Assembly (NCBI GenBank): GCA_041641295.1
Contig: JBEPYO010000001.1
Span: forward strand, 192,001-256,000
Source of the DNA: Nitrososphaerota archaeon
GTDB taxonomy: Archaea > Thermoproteota > Nitrososphaeria_A > Caldarchaeales > Calditenuaceae
Direction of reading: 5' to 3'
DNA length: 64,000 nucleotides
A model generated the notes under the pieces. That model searched no databases and was not told the DNA's origin. It saw only the letters and a list, made by a program, of their open reading frames with translations. Positions 10,421 through 20,313 of this stretch are shown here, piece after piece; within the stretch, counting starts at the first letter, position 1, and every line of letters starts with the position of its first letter. The position numbers and the translations under genes were made by a program.

Positions 10421-12457
10421 ATGGTAGTAGAACGGCTGCTGAAGGCGACAGTGGTGGCACCTTCGAGCAGGGCGCAAGACCTTTTAAAGGCACTGGTCCG
10501 TTTCGGAGAGTTTCACCCCACGTCACATGAAGACCAAAAACTCGCAAAGAGGCTTGAACCGCTCTATGAGCGGGCGAGAAGGCTATTCCTTGAGCTTGAG
10601 GCCGCGGCTAGAGAGCTGGAGGTGGAGGCTGGAGGTGGTGTAATAGAAGTCCTCCTGAAGGGAGAGCCTGAGCCCGAGAGTATAAGCGTCAAGGATCTGG
10701 AAGATCTTTTGGACTCTCTAACGAGCCGAGCCCAGCCCATCCTATCGGAGCTGAGAGAGCTGAACAAGAGGATGGAGGAGATTAGGCCGGAGATTGAGAG
10801 GCTGGAGAGGGAGAGGGCTAGGCTCTCCATATATGTCCAGCTAGGCCTAGATCTTTCAAGAATATCACGGCTCAGACACGTATACGCTGGAGCATTCATA
10901 GCCTCGGCCCGCGACCTAGACGAGATAACCAAGTCGCTCGAGGAGGCCTCGGTCGCCTTCAAGCCGATACAGAAGGACACGGTCCTCATAATTATTGTGT
11001 CAAAACCCGTGCATCGGGAGAAGATTGAGAGGGTCTTGAGGACGTTTAACCTGACGCAGGTCGATGTGCGGGTTGATGAGCCTCTTGAGAAGCTCTCTGA
11101 GAAGCTTAGGGAGGTTGAGGAGCGGCTTTCCACGTTGAGGGCTGAGGTCGAGAGTGTAGAGGGGAGGAAGAGGTGGATTCGTGAGGAGAGGGGACGGGAG
11201 ATTGCTACACTGAGAACGCTTGCTCAGGGCATAATCGACTCTGTCCAGAGGTTAAGGGGGGAGAGAGGCAGGCTGCTAGTCCTTGAAGGCTATCTACCTG
11301 AAAGGCTGAGTGGAGACTTCATCCGAGAGGTGGGCGGCATGGCTTACGTCCAATTATACCCAACTACCCACCACCACGGCTCGGAGGAAAAGCCCCCAAC
11401 CCGCCTCAAGAATAACTGGATTACAGAGTCTTTCAAACCCGTTACTCTCATCCAAGGCCCACCCTCCTACTACGAGGTGGACCCAACACCCTTCGTCTCA
11501 GTCTTCCTATCAGTATTCTATGGAGTCATGTTCGCGGACCTGGGGCAGGGCCTCGTCCTAGCCATCCTAGGCCTCATTCTATCCATTAGGGCTAGGAGCG
11601 GTTTGAAGCTGTGGGGGCGGCTCATAATGATGCTGGGAATCTCCTCATCGATTGCCGGCTTCTTCATACAGGAAGCCTTCGGGTTCAAGCTCTCACCAGT
11701 AACCGGAATGAAGCCTATCCTTGAGTTGATTGAGCACCATGGCGAGTCGGCAGCTATTAGCTCGGAAGCAGTCATCAAGCTCTTCACATTCGCCCCACTC
11801 TTGGGCTTCATACATGTCTCAATCGGCCTGGCCATCTCAGCTTACATTCTAATCAAGCACGGCGAGGTGGGGGAGGCTATATTCTCTAAGGCAGCATCAC
11901 TTGGAATGTATGTCAGCGGGCTTCTATTCGCACTAGCATTCATCACTACAAGAGGATTCGAGACCCTACTCACGAGCAGCCAGCCAGTCCCACTCCTAGG
12001 ACTCCCCGCCAGCCTCGTAGGAGCCATAGGTGTTTACGGCCTATTGACCGCCATGGCCCTAATCGTTGGAGGAAGAATTGTTGGATCGTTCATTGGCCTC
12101 TTTCCACGTGGAAGTATTCTCGGGCACTTCGGAACAGGGCTTCTCGAAATACTTGAGAACATTATCCACTTCATGTCGAACACCCTCAGCTACCTCAGGA
12201 TCTCTATTCTGATGATTATTCACGTGGCTCTGATGCTCTTGATTAATGCGGCTTGGGAGGCGCTCGGCCTGGCCTCTATAGGAATCCTCTTGATCGGTAA
12301 CATAGGTGTCATGGGGCTTGAGGGGCTGCTCGTCTTCATACAGGCTCTGAGGCTCCACCTCTACGAGTTCTTCACCAAATTCTTCACGGGTGAGGGTATA
12401 CTCTTCAAACCTCTCTCACTCAACTCTGAGAGGATAAGGGTGGTTTTCAGGGATTAG
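10421..12457 (+). CDS. atpI: A/V-type ATP synthase subunit I
   Basis: Coiled-coil N-terminal half; EVDPT, YGVMFADLGQG, SYLR (essential Arg), LRLHLYEFFTKF. Confidence 0.93.
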   Translation: MVVERLLKATVVAPSSRAQDLLKALVRFGEFHPTSHEDQKLAKRLEPLYERARRLFLELEAAARELEVEAGGGVIEVLLKGEPEPESISVKDLEDLLDSLTSRAQPILSELRELNKRMEEIRPEIERLERERARLSIYVQLGLDLSRISRLRHVYAGAFIASARDLDEITKSLEEASVAFKPIQKDTVLIIIVSKPVHREKIERVLRTFNLTQVDVRVDEPLEKLSEKLREVEERLSTLRAEVESVEGRKRWIREERGREIATLRTLAQGIIDSVQRLRGERGRLLVLEGYLPERLSGDFIREVGGMAYVQLYPTTHHHGSEEKPPTRLKNNWITESFKPVTLIQGPPSYYEVDPTPFVSVFLSVFYGVMFADLGQGLVLAILGLILSIRARSGLKLWGRLIMMLGISSSIAGFFIQEAFGFKLSPVTGMKPILELIEHHGESAAISSEAVIKLFTFAPLLGFIHVSIGLAISAYILIKHGEVGEAIFSKAASLGMYVSGLLFALAFITTRGFETLLTSSQPVPLLGLPASLVGAIGVYGLLTAMALIVGGRIVGSFIGLFPRGSILGHFGTGLLEILENIIHFMSNTLSYLRISILMIIHVALMLLINAAWEALGLASIGILLIGNIGVMGLEGLLVFIQALRLHLYEFFTKFFTGEGILFKPLSLNSERIRVVFRD

Positions 12458-12547
12458 GACGACGCAGTCCCCTGTTTAATCTCTAGACAGGCGTTCTTCT
12501 ACTCTTGGAAATGAGGCACGCAAATATACTCCTGGGCAGGGATTGTA

Positions 12548-13750
12548 GTGGGTGCCTTGCTGGCGATTAAGGGTGGGAAACCGGTCCGCTCAGAGCCGTT
12601 TCCCAGCTGGCCGGTATGGGGTAGGGAGGAAGAGGAGATGCTCCTATCGGTGCTGAGGTCTGGGGTTTGGGGTCTGGGCGGCCAGATGGTGAGGCGGTTC
12701 GGCGAGGAATTTGCAGGCTATGTACGGTGCAGATACGGCGTCCCATGCATGAACGGGACCACAGCCCTGAAAATAGCTCTGAGAGCACTTGGCATAGGTC
12801 CCGGAGATAGAGTTGTGACTACGCCTTACACGTTCCTCGCAACATCCTCAGTAATATTAGAGCTGGGGGCAATACCGCTTTATGTTGACGTTGTTGAGGG
12901 CGGGGTTAATATCGACTCTAGGCTGGTGTGGGAGTCGGTTGATGGCGGTGTCAAAGCTATCCTACCCGTCCATATCGGTGGGCATCCAGTAGAGATGGAT
13001 CTCGTAGAAAAGGCTTCAAAGAGTTTTGGCGTGCCTGTGGTTGAGGATGCTGCCGAGGCTCATGGGGCTGAGTGGAGGGGTAGGAGGATAGGGAGCATAG
13101 GCGTTATGGGGTGTTTTAGCTTCCAGTCCAGCAAAGTCATGACGAGTGGTGAGGGAGGGATAATCACGCTGAACGACCCGGAGCTTGCGGATACGTGTAG
13201 CGCCTTGGTGAACTGTGGGCGAAGGCCTAACAGGGACTGGTACGAGGGCGACCTTCTAGGCTACAATTACAGGATGACAGAGTTCCAAGCGGCTATACTC
13301 TTATCCCAGCTGAGGAGGCTGGACGAGCAGATTGAGAGGCGTCAGAGAAACTTTGAGGAGCTTGCTAGACTCTGCCGAGACCTAGAGGGCTTCAGGCTGA
13401 TAAGGCCTCCCGAGGGAACTGATAGGACTCCCCACTACCTCGTTATCATTCAGGCTGATGGCGGATACTTTAGGAATGTCTCAAAGCAGAAGATTGTGGA
13501 GGCACTTCGCGCCGAGGGGATACCGGCCTCTGTCGGTTGGCCTGTACCTCTATACCGCTTTCCACCAATCAAGAGATACCTCGAGCATCACGGCATCAGG
13601 ATAAGTCCGGGCGAGTTCCCCAACGCGGAGAGGGCGGCTGCCGAGTACCTCTTCGTGCACCACAGAGTGCTGCTAGGTGATAGTAGAGAGGTTGAGGATG
13701 TATACAGAGCCTTAAAGAAGATTGAGCAGCATGCGGGTGATTTGGCGTGA
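12548..13750 (+). CDS. DegT/DnrJ/EryC1/StrS PLP aminotransferase (RifK/AHBA-synthase-like)
   Basis: NGTTAL, EDAAEAHG, FSFQSSKVMTSGEGG, GYNYRMTEFQAA. Confidence 0.92.
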   Translation: MGALLAIKGGKPVRSEPFPSWPVWGREEEEMLLSVLRSGVWGLGGQMVRRFGEEFAGYVRCRYGVPCMNGTTALKIALRALGIGPGDRVVTTPYTFLATSSVILELGAIPLYVDVVEGGVNIDSRLVWESVDGGVKAILPVHIGGHPVEMDLVEKASKSFGVPVVEDAAEAHGAEWRGRRIGSIGVMGCFSFQSSKVMTSGEGGIITLNDPELADTCSALVNCGRRPNRDWYEGDLLGYNYRMTEFQAAILLSQLRRLDEQIERRQRNFEELARLCRDLEGFRLIRPPEGTDRTPHYLVIIQADGGYFRNVSKQKIVEALRAEGIPASVGWPVPLYRFPPIKRYLEHHGIRISPGEFPNAERAAAEYLFVHHRVLLGDSREVEDVYRALKKIEQHAGDLA

Positions 13751-14997
13751 ACCTTCTGGTCTTTGAGGATGAGGCTTGGCGTAACTTTAAACAGCTCACA
13801 TACATGAGGCCTGTCTATAGGATACTTACCCCCAGCGGCCCCCTAATTAGAAACATTTTGAAAAACTTCAGGGATGTCCAAGTATACGCCTATGCCCGAG
13901 AATACCTGAGTCGGGTGGAGAGTGAGCGCGACCCCCACATGAAGTTCAATTCAAGCCCAGACCAAGATGATGAAGCCCTACTGATTAACGGGCTGGCAAG
14001 GCGGCCTGAACTAGTGGCCTCGCTCGCGGAGAAGACGGTGGGGCGCGAGTTTATCCTCTTAGCTAAGGGTAGGTTTCTAGCAGCTAGGCTTAGGGGTGAG
14101 AGGATTGCAGGGGTTGAGAGGCCCACAGAGATAATTGAGAGGCTGGCCTCGCTTGTGGGTGCCATTGAGACCCTCGAAGCCCCTCCCGAGAGCATATACC
14201 AGTATCCTTGGGAGGTTTTGGACGGCCAGCCGGTATCGGTTCCCCGTATGGGTGAAGAACTCCAGCTTGACAATCGGGTTGCAGTCCTCGGGGACCCGGC
14301 AAACATGTCTATTCCGGCAACCTGCGAGATTGAGCCATTCACAGTAATCGATACGCGGAGGGGGCCAGTAATCCTAGGCGAGGGTGTGAAGGTTGAGTCG
14401 GGGACAAAATTGATAGGGCCGTGCGTGATCGGCGACGACTCGATAGTCTATGGCGGCAGGGTGGGGCCACATCTATACACCGGCCCGGTCTGCCGCATAT
14501 CGGCAGAGATAGAATACACCATAATGTTTGGCTACAGCAACAAACACCACTACGGATACATTGGACACTCAATCATAGGGGAGTGGGTTAACATAGCTGC
14601 GGGAACAACTACGTCTAACCTTAAGACGACTTATGGCGAGATAAAAGTGGTACTCGACGGAGAGGCCATACACACTGGGAGACAATTCCTCGGAGCAGTA
14701 ATAGGTGATCACGTACGCACGATGATCGACACCTCTATAATGACTGGGAAGCTCGTTGGGCCCTTCAACGTTCTCAGCGGTGTTGTAGCCAAGAATATCC
14801 CACCATTCACTGGGATTAATTTCACAAGGGAGATGTATGAGCTCGAGCTGGGGGCCGAGCTTAGGGTAGTGGAGAGGATGATGAGGAGAAGAGGCTTGAA
14901 GCCAAGTGAAAACTACCTCGAGCTTATAAGACATCTCTACGAGCTCACCAGGCCTGAAAGGCAGGGCCATCTGGGGCACAGAAGCGACCATCCTTGA
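13747..14997 (+). CDS. GlmU-like putative sugar nucleotidyltransferase with left-handed beta-helix
   Basis: LTYMRPV, LLINGL, hexapeptide repeats, SNKHHYGYIGHSIIGEWVNIAAGTTTSNLK. Confidence 0.85.
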   Translation: MNLLVFEDEAWRNFKQLTYMRPVYRILTPSGPLIRNILKNFRDVQVYAYAREYLSRVESERDPHMKFNSSPDQDDEALLINGLARRPELVASLAEKTVGREFILLAKGRFLAARLRGERIAGVERPTEIIERLASLVGAIETLEAPPESIYQYPWEVLDGQPVSVPRMGEELQLDNRVAVLGDPANMSIPATCEIEPFTVIDTRRGPVILGEGVKVESGTKLIGPCVIGDDSIVYGGRVGPHLYTGPVCRISAEIEYTIMFGYSNKHHYGYIGHSIIGEWVNIAAGTTTSNLKTTYGEIKVVLDGEAIHTGRQFLGAVIGDHVRTMIDTSIMTGKLVGPFNVLSGVVAKNIPPFTGINFTREMYELELGAELRVVERMMRRRGLKPSENYLELIRHLYELTRPERQGHLGHRSDHP

Positions 14998-16271
14998 GCG
15001 GCGGGACACGCTTTATACTGGTCGGATGCGGCCTAATGGGTAAAAGGCACATCCGGGGGCTCGCAGAGGCTAGACGGCACGGGCTATGCGGGGCGAGGCT
15101 TGTAGGTGTTATCGATAAGGTTTCCGATAGGGCCTCCGAGGCTGCAGAGCTTGCTGAGAGGCTTCTCGGTGAAAGGCCGGCGGTTTTCACATCGCTGGAG
15201 GATGCCGTGGAAGGTGTCGAGTTCGAGGCCGCCGACGTATGCACAGAACCTGCCTCGCACCATCTGGTCGCTGAGCCACTCTTAGAGGCTGGTGTCAGCT
15301 GCCTCGTGGAAAAACCACTCTCAATAACTGTTAGGGGCTGTCGGCGAATATTGGACGCCTCGATCAAGGGTGGAGCAGTGCTGGCTGTTGCGGAGAACTA
15401 TAGAAGAGACCCCGTAAACAGGCTAGCCAAGGCCATCATAGATGGTGGTGAACTGGGCGGCTGGATTGGGGCTCTCCATATAATCGCAGGTGGAGGAGAT
15501 GCTGTTCTACTATCGCCGTGGCGGCATAAACTGTCTGGAGGAATATTGATCGACCTTTGCTGCCACTACATGGATATCTTCAACTATTTTTTCGGCGCGC
15601 CGGAGAGAGTATCTGGGTTCGCGGCACTCCTCAGAAAGGTGAGATACCTCAGAGAAGCTGGAGGGAATGCGGTGAAGAAGACTCCAGTCGAGGCGGAGGC
15701 CGAAGACTTCCTTGACACGACTCTCCACTACCGAGATAACATCGTCGCTAAATTTGTAGCAAACCTTGCTGTCACTGGAGAGGGTGTTTGGCGCAGGCTC
15801 GTCTTCTTTGAGGGTGGCTCAATGGAGATACCGATGGAGAGGACAGGGGAGCCGCTGAGGGTTTCCAAGCCTCTTGACCAAGACTACCTAGAGTTGATGC
15901 CTCACACAGCCTTCCTAGGCCAGAAGCCGGGAGAGCCATATAGCGTCTCACAAACCGCAGCGGAGGAAATATATGACAGGGAGACCAGAGCCCTCTTTCC
16001 CGGAATACTCAACGGATATAAAATGGATTTCTGGGAGGCGGACAGTAAGCTCATAGCACTTGAGCTCGCCGACTTCTTCCGCTGCGTGGAGGAGGGCGGA
16101 GTCCCTGAGACTGGCGGTAGGGAGGGGATGCTCTCCGTAGCGATGGTTGTTGCGGCCCTCGAGTCATCCTATGCAGGAAGAAGCGTTAGGCTCGAGGATG
16201 TGCTGGAACTCAAGGTTGAGGGCTATCAGGCGAGGATAAATCGAGATATAGGCCTAATCTCAGATAAATAG
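14994..16271 (+). CDS. Gfo/Idh/MocA family NAD(P)-dependent oxidoreductase
   Basis: GCGLMG Rossmann motif, VEKPL, AENYRR, DLCCHYMD. Confidence 0.9.
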   Translation: MSGGTRFILVGCGLMGKRHIRGLAEARRHGLCGARLVGVIDKVSDRASEAAELAERLLGERPAVFTSLEDAVEGVEFEAADVCTEPASHHLVAEPLLEAGVSCLVEKPLSITVRGCRRILDASIKGGAVLAVAENYRRDPVNRLAKAIIDGGELGGWIGALHIIAGGGDAVLLSPWRHKLSGGILIDLCCHYMDIFNYFFGAPERVSGFAALLRKVRYLREAGGNAVKKTPVEAEAEDFLDTTLHYRDNIVAKFVANLAVTGEGVWRRLVFFEGGSMEIPMERTGEPLRVSKPLDQDYLELMPHTAFLGQKPGEPYSVSQTAAEEIYDRETRALFPGILNGYKMDFWEADSKLIALELADFFRCVEEGGVPETGGREGMLSVAMVVAALESSYAGRSVRLEDVLELKVEGYQARINRDIGLISDK

Positions 16272-16291
16272 AGGGGGCGGTGCTATAGGGT

Positions 16292-16918
16292 ATGGTTATG
16301 GAGATAACAGTGGGTGTGGCGTCCTTTCAGGGAGATGTTGAGGAGCACCTAGCAGCATTGAGAGAGGCTCTGAAGAAAACAGGGGTCAAAGGCACCGTCT
16401 CCACCACTAGGCTGCCGGAGGAGATCGAGTCTGTTGACGCTGTGGTAATTCCGGGCGGAGAGAGCACGGTTATAGCGAAGCTCTCCAGCTACAAAAAATC
16501 TCTGGATGTGCTCAAGACGAGGATTAATGAGGGGCTACCCGTGCTCGGTACATGCGCAGGCCTGATAATGCTGGCTAGGCGGGTTTACGACCGCGTAGTT
16601 GGGGAGACTGGACAACCGGTCCTAGGAGTTCTAGACATACTTGTTGAGCGAAACACGTATGGCAGGCAGAAAGACTCGTTCGAAGCCCAGATCGATATAC
16701 CTGCCCTGGGGTTGAAGTCGTTCAGAGCCGTCTTCATAAGGGCTCCGGCAATACTCGAGACAAGCCCGGGTGTAGAGGTTCTAGCCAGCTTGGCGAACAA
16801 GCCCGTTGCTGTGAGACAGGGCAACATAATGGGGACCACATTCCATCCTGAGTTATCCGGGAGCACAGCATTTCACGAGGAGCTGATAAGGCTCGCAACA
16901 GTATACAGGTCTCGATGA
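16292..16918 (+). CDS. pdxT: PLP synthase glutaminase subunit
   Basis: FQGDVEEH, PGGEST, GTCAG, RNTYGRQ, FIRAP, FHPEL. Confidence 0.96.
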   Translation: MVMEITVGVASFQGDVEEHLAALREALKKTGVKGTVSTTRLPEEIESVDAVVIPGGESTVIAKLSSYKKSLDVLKTRINEGLPVLGTCAGLIMLARRVYDRVVGETGQPVLGVLDILVERNTYGRQKDSFEAQIDIPALGLKSFRAVFIRAPAILETSPGVEVLASLANKPVAVRQGNIMGTTFHPELSGSTAFHEELIRLATVYRSR

Positions 16919-16964
16919 CCGCATCATGGTAAAATAAGAGGAGGGGGAGAAGTCTTTAGAGGAG

Positions 16965-17285
16965 TTGGGGATAAAGATGCTTGAGAAGCTCTCAGAGAAG
17001 AGGAACGACGTGATTGGTAGAAGCGAGCTTAGGCTCTCGGCAACAGTTGAGGGCGGCACCCCGAGTAGGGGCGAAGTCCTTAAAGCTGTCTCCGATTGGC
17101 TGAAAATCGATGCTAACAGGATATCCATAGTGAAGATAGAGCCGAGCTTTGGCTCCCCAAAATCCCTCATACATGTTAGGGTATACGACTCGCCCCAGAC
17201 GTTAATGTTCGTTGAACCTCGCTACAGGCTTGTCAGGATGGGTGTGATTCAGGCCGAGAAAGGAAAAGGGAAGGCAGCGGCATAG
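16965..17285 (+). CDS. rps24e: 30S ribosomal protein S24e
   Basis: NDVIGRSE, GTPSR, FG, VYDS...EP pattern. Confidence 0.88.
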   Translation: MGIKMLEKLSEKRNDVIGRSELRLSATVEGGTPSRGEVLKAVSDWLKIDANRISIVKIEPSFGSPKSLIHVRVYDSPQTLMFVEPRYRLVRMGVIQAEKGKGKAAA

Positions 17286-17356
17286 GGGCCGCAAACATGT
17301 ATTCACTGGATATGTATTTAAGTAGTCGCCATTTTTCATACGTCAGGTGACCTTAG

Positions 17357-17704
17357 TTGGCAATGCCTGAGCCGGAGGACGAGGAGCTTGAGGAGATTCG
17401 GAGAAGGAAGATGGCTGAGCTACAGGCTCGGGCCGCACAGGAGGAGGCCAGGAGAAGGGCTGAGGCGGAGAAGGCAGCCATACTCCGCGTAGTCTTGACG
17501 CAAGAGGCCCGGCAGAGGCTTGCAAACATAAAGATGGCGCGGCCAGACGTGGCCGAGGCGGTGGAAAACTACCTAGTAAACCTAGCCCGCTCAGGTAGTC
17601 TCAAGTCCCAGATCACCGACGACCTTCTTAGACAGATTCTAGAGAAGGTAATGCCCCCTAAAAGGGAGACCAAGATAGTGAGAATGAGCAAGGACGAGTT
17701 ATAG
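17357..17704 (+). CDS. PDCD5-like DNA-binding protein
   Basis: ELEEIRRRKMAELQ, LTQEARQRLANIKMARP, ITDDLL. Confidence 0.93.
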   Translation: MAMPEPEDEELEEIRRRKMAELQARAAQEEARRRAEAEKAAILRVVLTQEARQRLANIKMARPDVAEAVENYLVNLARSGSLKSQITDDLLRQILEKVMPPKRETKIVRMSKDEL

Positions 17705-17753
17705 TCTCTAACACTCATATAGAGCTGGTTTAGAGATTAGTTGGTGAGTAGGG

Positions 17754-17906
17754 ATGGCTAAGACTCTCCCGGTTAAGAAGCGGCTCGCCTCAGCCCTCAA
17801 GAGGGCAGAGAGTGTCCCTGCTTGGATTATACTGAGGACCGGCGGTGAGATCAGGGCAAGCCGTAGACGGAGAAACTGGCGCCACTCAAGATCTATTAAG
17901 CCCTAG
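17754..17906 (+). CDS. rpl39e: 50S ribosomal protein L39e (not in ORF track)
   Basis: Manual translation MAKTLPVKKRLASALKRAESVPAWIILRTGGEIRASRRRRNWRHSRSIKP; GGTGA SD; canonical position between PDCD5 and L31e. Confidence 0.93.
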   Translation: MAKTLPVKKRLASALKRAESVPAWIILRTGGEIRASRRRRNWRHSRSIKP

Positions 17907-17917
17907 GTGATGACTAC

Positions 17918-18202
17918 ATGTCCCAGCTCCGTAAGGAAGTAACATTAAACTTGAGGGAGGCTTACGAGGCCCCTAAGCTCCGCCGAGCGAAGCGAGCCCT
18001 CAACATTATACGCGAGAAGGCGGCTCGGATTGCGAAGGCTGAGAGGGTGAAGATCTCAGAGGACTTGGCTCGGTTCATCTTTTCCAGAAGCATTGAACGT
18101 CCTCCAAGAAAGGTGACTATAGTTGTGGAGAAGGACGAGGAGGGAGAAGCAATCGTGAAGCTTGGGGGTGAGGTGGCTGCCGAGCAGGGCTCAGACCAAT
18201 AG
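17918..18202 (+). CDS. rpl31e: 50S ribosomal protein L31e
   Basis: TLNLR...RRAKRA...SIERPPRKV. Confidence 0.92.
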   Translation: MSQLRKEVTLNLREAYEAPKLRRAKRALNIIREKAARIAKAERVKISEDLARFIFSRSIERPPRKVTIVVEKDEEGEAIVKLGGEVAAEQGSDQ

Positions 18203-18866
18203 TGTACTCTTCGTCGACGTCTTTGGCACCCCCCATGTAGGTCTCTTCGCAGCCAACAGTGAAGACCTCTTAATAGTTCCACCGGGTCTCCCCTCTAAGA
18301 AGGTTGGGCTTATGGCTGGCATTCTGGGCTCCAAGCCCGTCCAAACATATATTGCGGGATCCATCCTGATAGGTCCGCTCATCTGCATTAACAGCACAGG
18401 CGTGATACTGCCAAAAACAGTCCTAGAAGAGGAAATATCACTGATAAAGTCTGTGGCACCTGACCTCAACGTCTATATCTACAGGGGAAGGGAGACGGCA
18501 ATGGGTAACCTGGTGAGCGCCAACGACCACTGTGCCGTAATATCTCCCGAGGTTCAGTCAGGCGAGGTTAGGGCCATAGCCGATACACTGGGGGTCGAGG
18601 CCATATCCATGACCATAGCAGGTAGAAAGCATGTGGGCTCAATCTGTCTACTCACCAACCGGGGAGGGTTAGTTCATGTCGAGGCTACTGACGAGGAGGT
18701 TAGAGTCATTGAGGAGTACTCGAGGGTTAGGGTCCTGAGGGCTACCGTGAATAATGGAAATGTCTTCGTAAAGAGCGGTGTGCTGGCTAACACTAAGGGG
18801 GCCTTGATTGGAGCTAGGACGGTTGGGCCAGAATTAATGACGATATCGACTGCACTGGGCCTTTAA
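18177..18866 (+). CDS. eif6: Translation initiation factor 6 (aIF6); start uncertain (TTG 18162, GTG 18168 or CTG 18177)
   Basis: Pentein repeats, MGNLVSAND, TNRGGLVH, TVNNG, TVGPEL. Confidence 0.93.
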   Translation: MPSRAQTNSVLFVDVFGTPHVGLFAANSEDLLIVPPGLPSKKVGLMAGILGSKPVQTYIAGSILIGPLICINSTGVILPKTVLEEEISLIKSVAPDLNVYIYRGRETAMGNLVSANDHCAVISPEVQSGEVRAIADTLGVEAISMTIAGRKHVGSICLLTNRGGLVHVEATDEEVRVIEEYSRVRVLRATVNNGNVFVKSGVLANTKGALIGARTVGPELMTISTALGL

Positions 18867-18951
18867 CAGATCCTTAAACGGCTTCCTTGTAATACTAGGC
18901 GCCACTGAAACTGTATTTATATTATCGACACACGCTATTTGTCCTGAGGAA

Positions 18952-19404
18952 ATGAGTGTCAAGATAACCCGCGAGGACGTTGAAAGAGCCATATCGGAGC
19001 TGACCATCCTAGAGAGGATAGCCCGCGAGCTTCAGGCCCGGCTCCTAGCTCTAGAGAACTCCATAGGTGAGCACAATAGATGTCTAGAACTTCTAGACGA
19101 GATTGCGAAGTCACAGGGCGAGATTAGAGGGTTGTTGCCGATTGGTGGGGGCGTCCTTGTAGAGGGCGTTATCACGAATCCAGACATCTTCAAGGTAAAC
19201 ATCGGCGATAACGTGTTCATCGATATGTCTTTGGATAAGTGTAGAGGCTGGCTGCTTGCACGGAAGCAGAGGCTCGAGCAGGCGAGGGCAGAGGCTGGCC
19301 GGGCTTTACAGTCATATTCCGAGAGGATAGAGGCGATTAGAAGGTTTCTCGCCTCTATAGAGAGGGTGGCGGGCGCGGGTCAGGCTGGTGAGGGTGGAAC
19401 CTAG
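18952..19404 (+). CDS. pfdA: Prefoldin subunit alpha
   Basis: Coiled coils flanking LLPIGGGV...VNIGDNVFID hairpins; synteny. Confidence 0.9.
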   Translation: MSVKITREDVERAISELTILERIARELQARLLALENSIGEHNRCLELLDEIAKSQGEIRGLLPIGGGVLVEGVITNPDIFKVNIGDNVFIDMSLDKCRGWLLARKQRLEQARAEAGRALQSYSERIEAIRRFLASIERVAGAGQAGEGGT

Positions 19405-20313
19405 ATGCTGGAGGGCCTTAAGAAGGCCTTCCAAACACTTACTGAAAAGGTTTCCAAGACAAGGCTCTCTGAAAAGGAGCTTAGAAATGCACTTGAAGAC
19501 TTCAAACTCCAGCTTGTAAGCAGTGACGTCTCGATCGAGACAGCGGAGCATATTGCTGAACTCTTGAGGCCCAGGCTTGCAGAGGTTCAGGTTCCGAGAT
19601 TCGGCGACGGCGAGGAGGTAGTAATGAAGGTCTATCGAGACGTACTCTCTGAGATTCTACTGGACGCCTCTCCTGAAAAGCTACTTGAAGAAATCAGATT
19701 GAAGAAGGATAAGAGTGGGGAGCCTTACGTCATACTCTTCGTCGGACCGAACGGCGGAGGGAAAACCACAACAATAGCAAAGATTGCGTGGTGGCTAAAG
19801 AAGAATCGTTTAATTTCGGTTCTAGCGTGCGCCGACACCTTCAGGGCCGCCGCCATAGAGCAGGCGAAGAACTTGGCTGCACAGGTAGGTATTAGAGCCG
19901 TTAGCCAAAGGTACGGGGCCGACCCAGCTGCTGTGGCTGTGGACACCATATTATCGGCTAAGGCTGGACGGGAGCCAGTGGTGCTGATAGATACGGCCGG
20001 TAGGAGTGAGGCGAAAAAGAACCTGCTAGAGGAGATGAAGAAGATAAAGAGGACCTCAAACCCTGACTGTGTCATACTTGTGCTTGACTCGCTGACCGGC
20101 TCCACAGCCCGCGAGCAGGCGCGGATATTTCATAACGATGTGGGAGTAGACTATGTTATACTCACTAAGATGGATAGCGATTCTAGGGGTGGTCTGGCCC
20201 TAACCGTCTGCCACGAGATAAAGAGGCCGATACTGTTTATCGGAGTTGGTCAAGGTCTTGACGACCTGATACCGTTCCAAAAAGAGTTCTTAATAGAGAG
20301 AGTTCTAGCCTAG
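19405..20313 (+). CDS. ftsY: SRP receptor FtsY
   Basis: GPNGGGKTTT, DTFRAAA, DTAGR, TKMD. Confidence 0.95.
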   Translation: MLEGLKKAFQTLTEKVSKTRLSEKELRNALEDFKLQLVSSDVSIETAEHIAELLRPRLAEVQVPRFGDGEEVVMKVYRDVLSEILLDASPEKLLEEIRLKKDKSGEPYVILFVGPNGGGKTTTIAKIAWWLKKNRLISVLACADTFRAAAIEQAKNLAAQVGIRAVSQRYGADPAAVAVDTILSAKAGREPVVLIDTAGRSEAKKNLLEEMKKIKRTSNPDCVILVLDSLTGSTAREQARIFHNDVGVDYVILTKMDSDSRGGLALTVCHEIKRPILFIGVGQGLDDLIPFQKEFLIERVLA

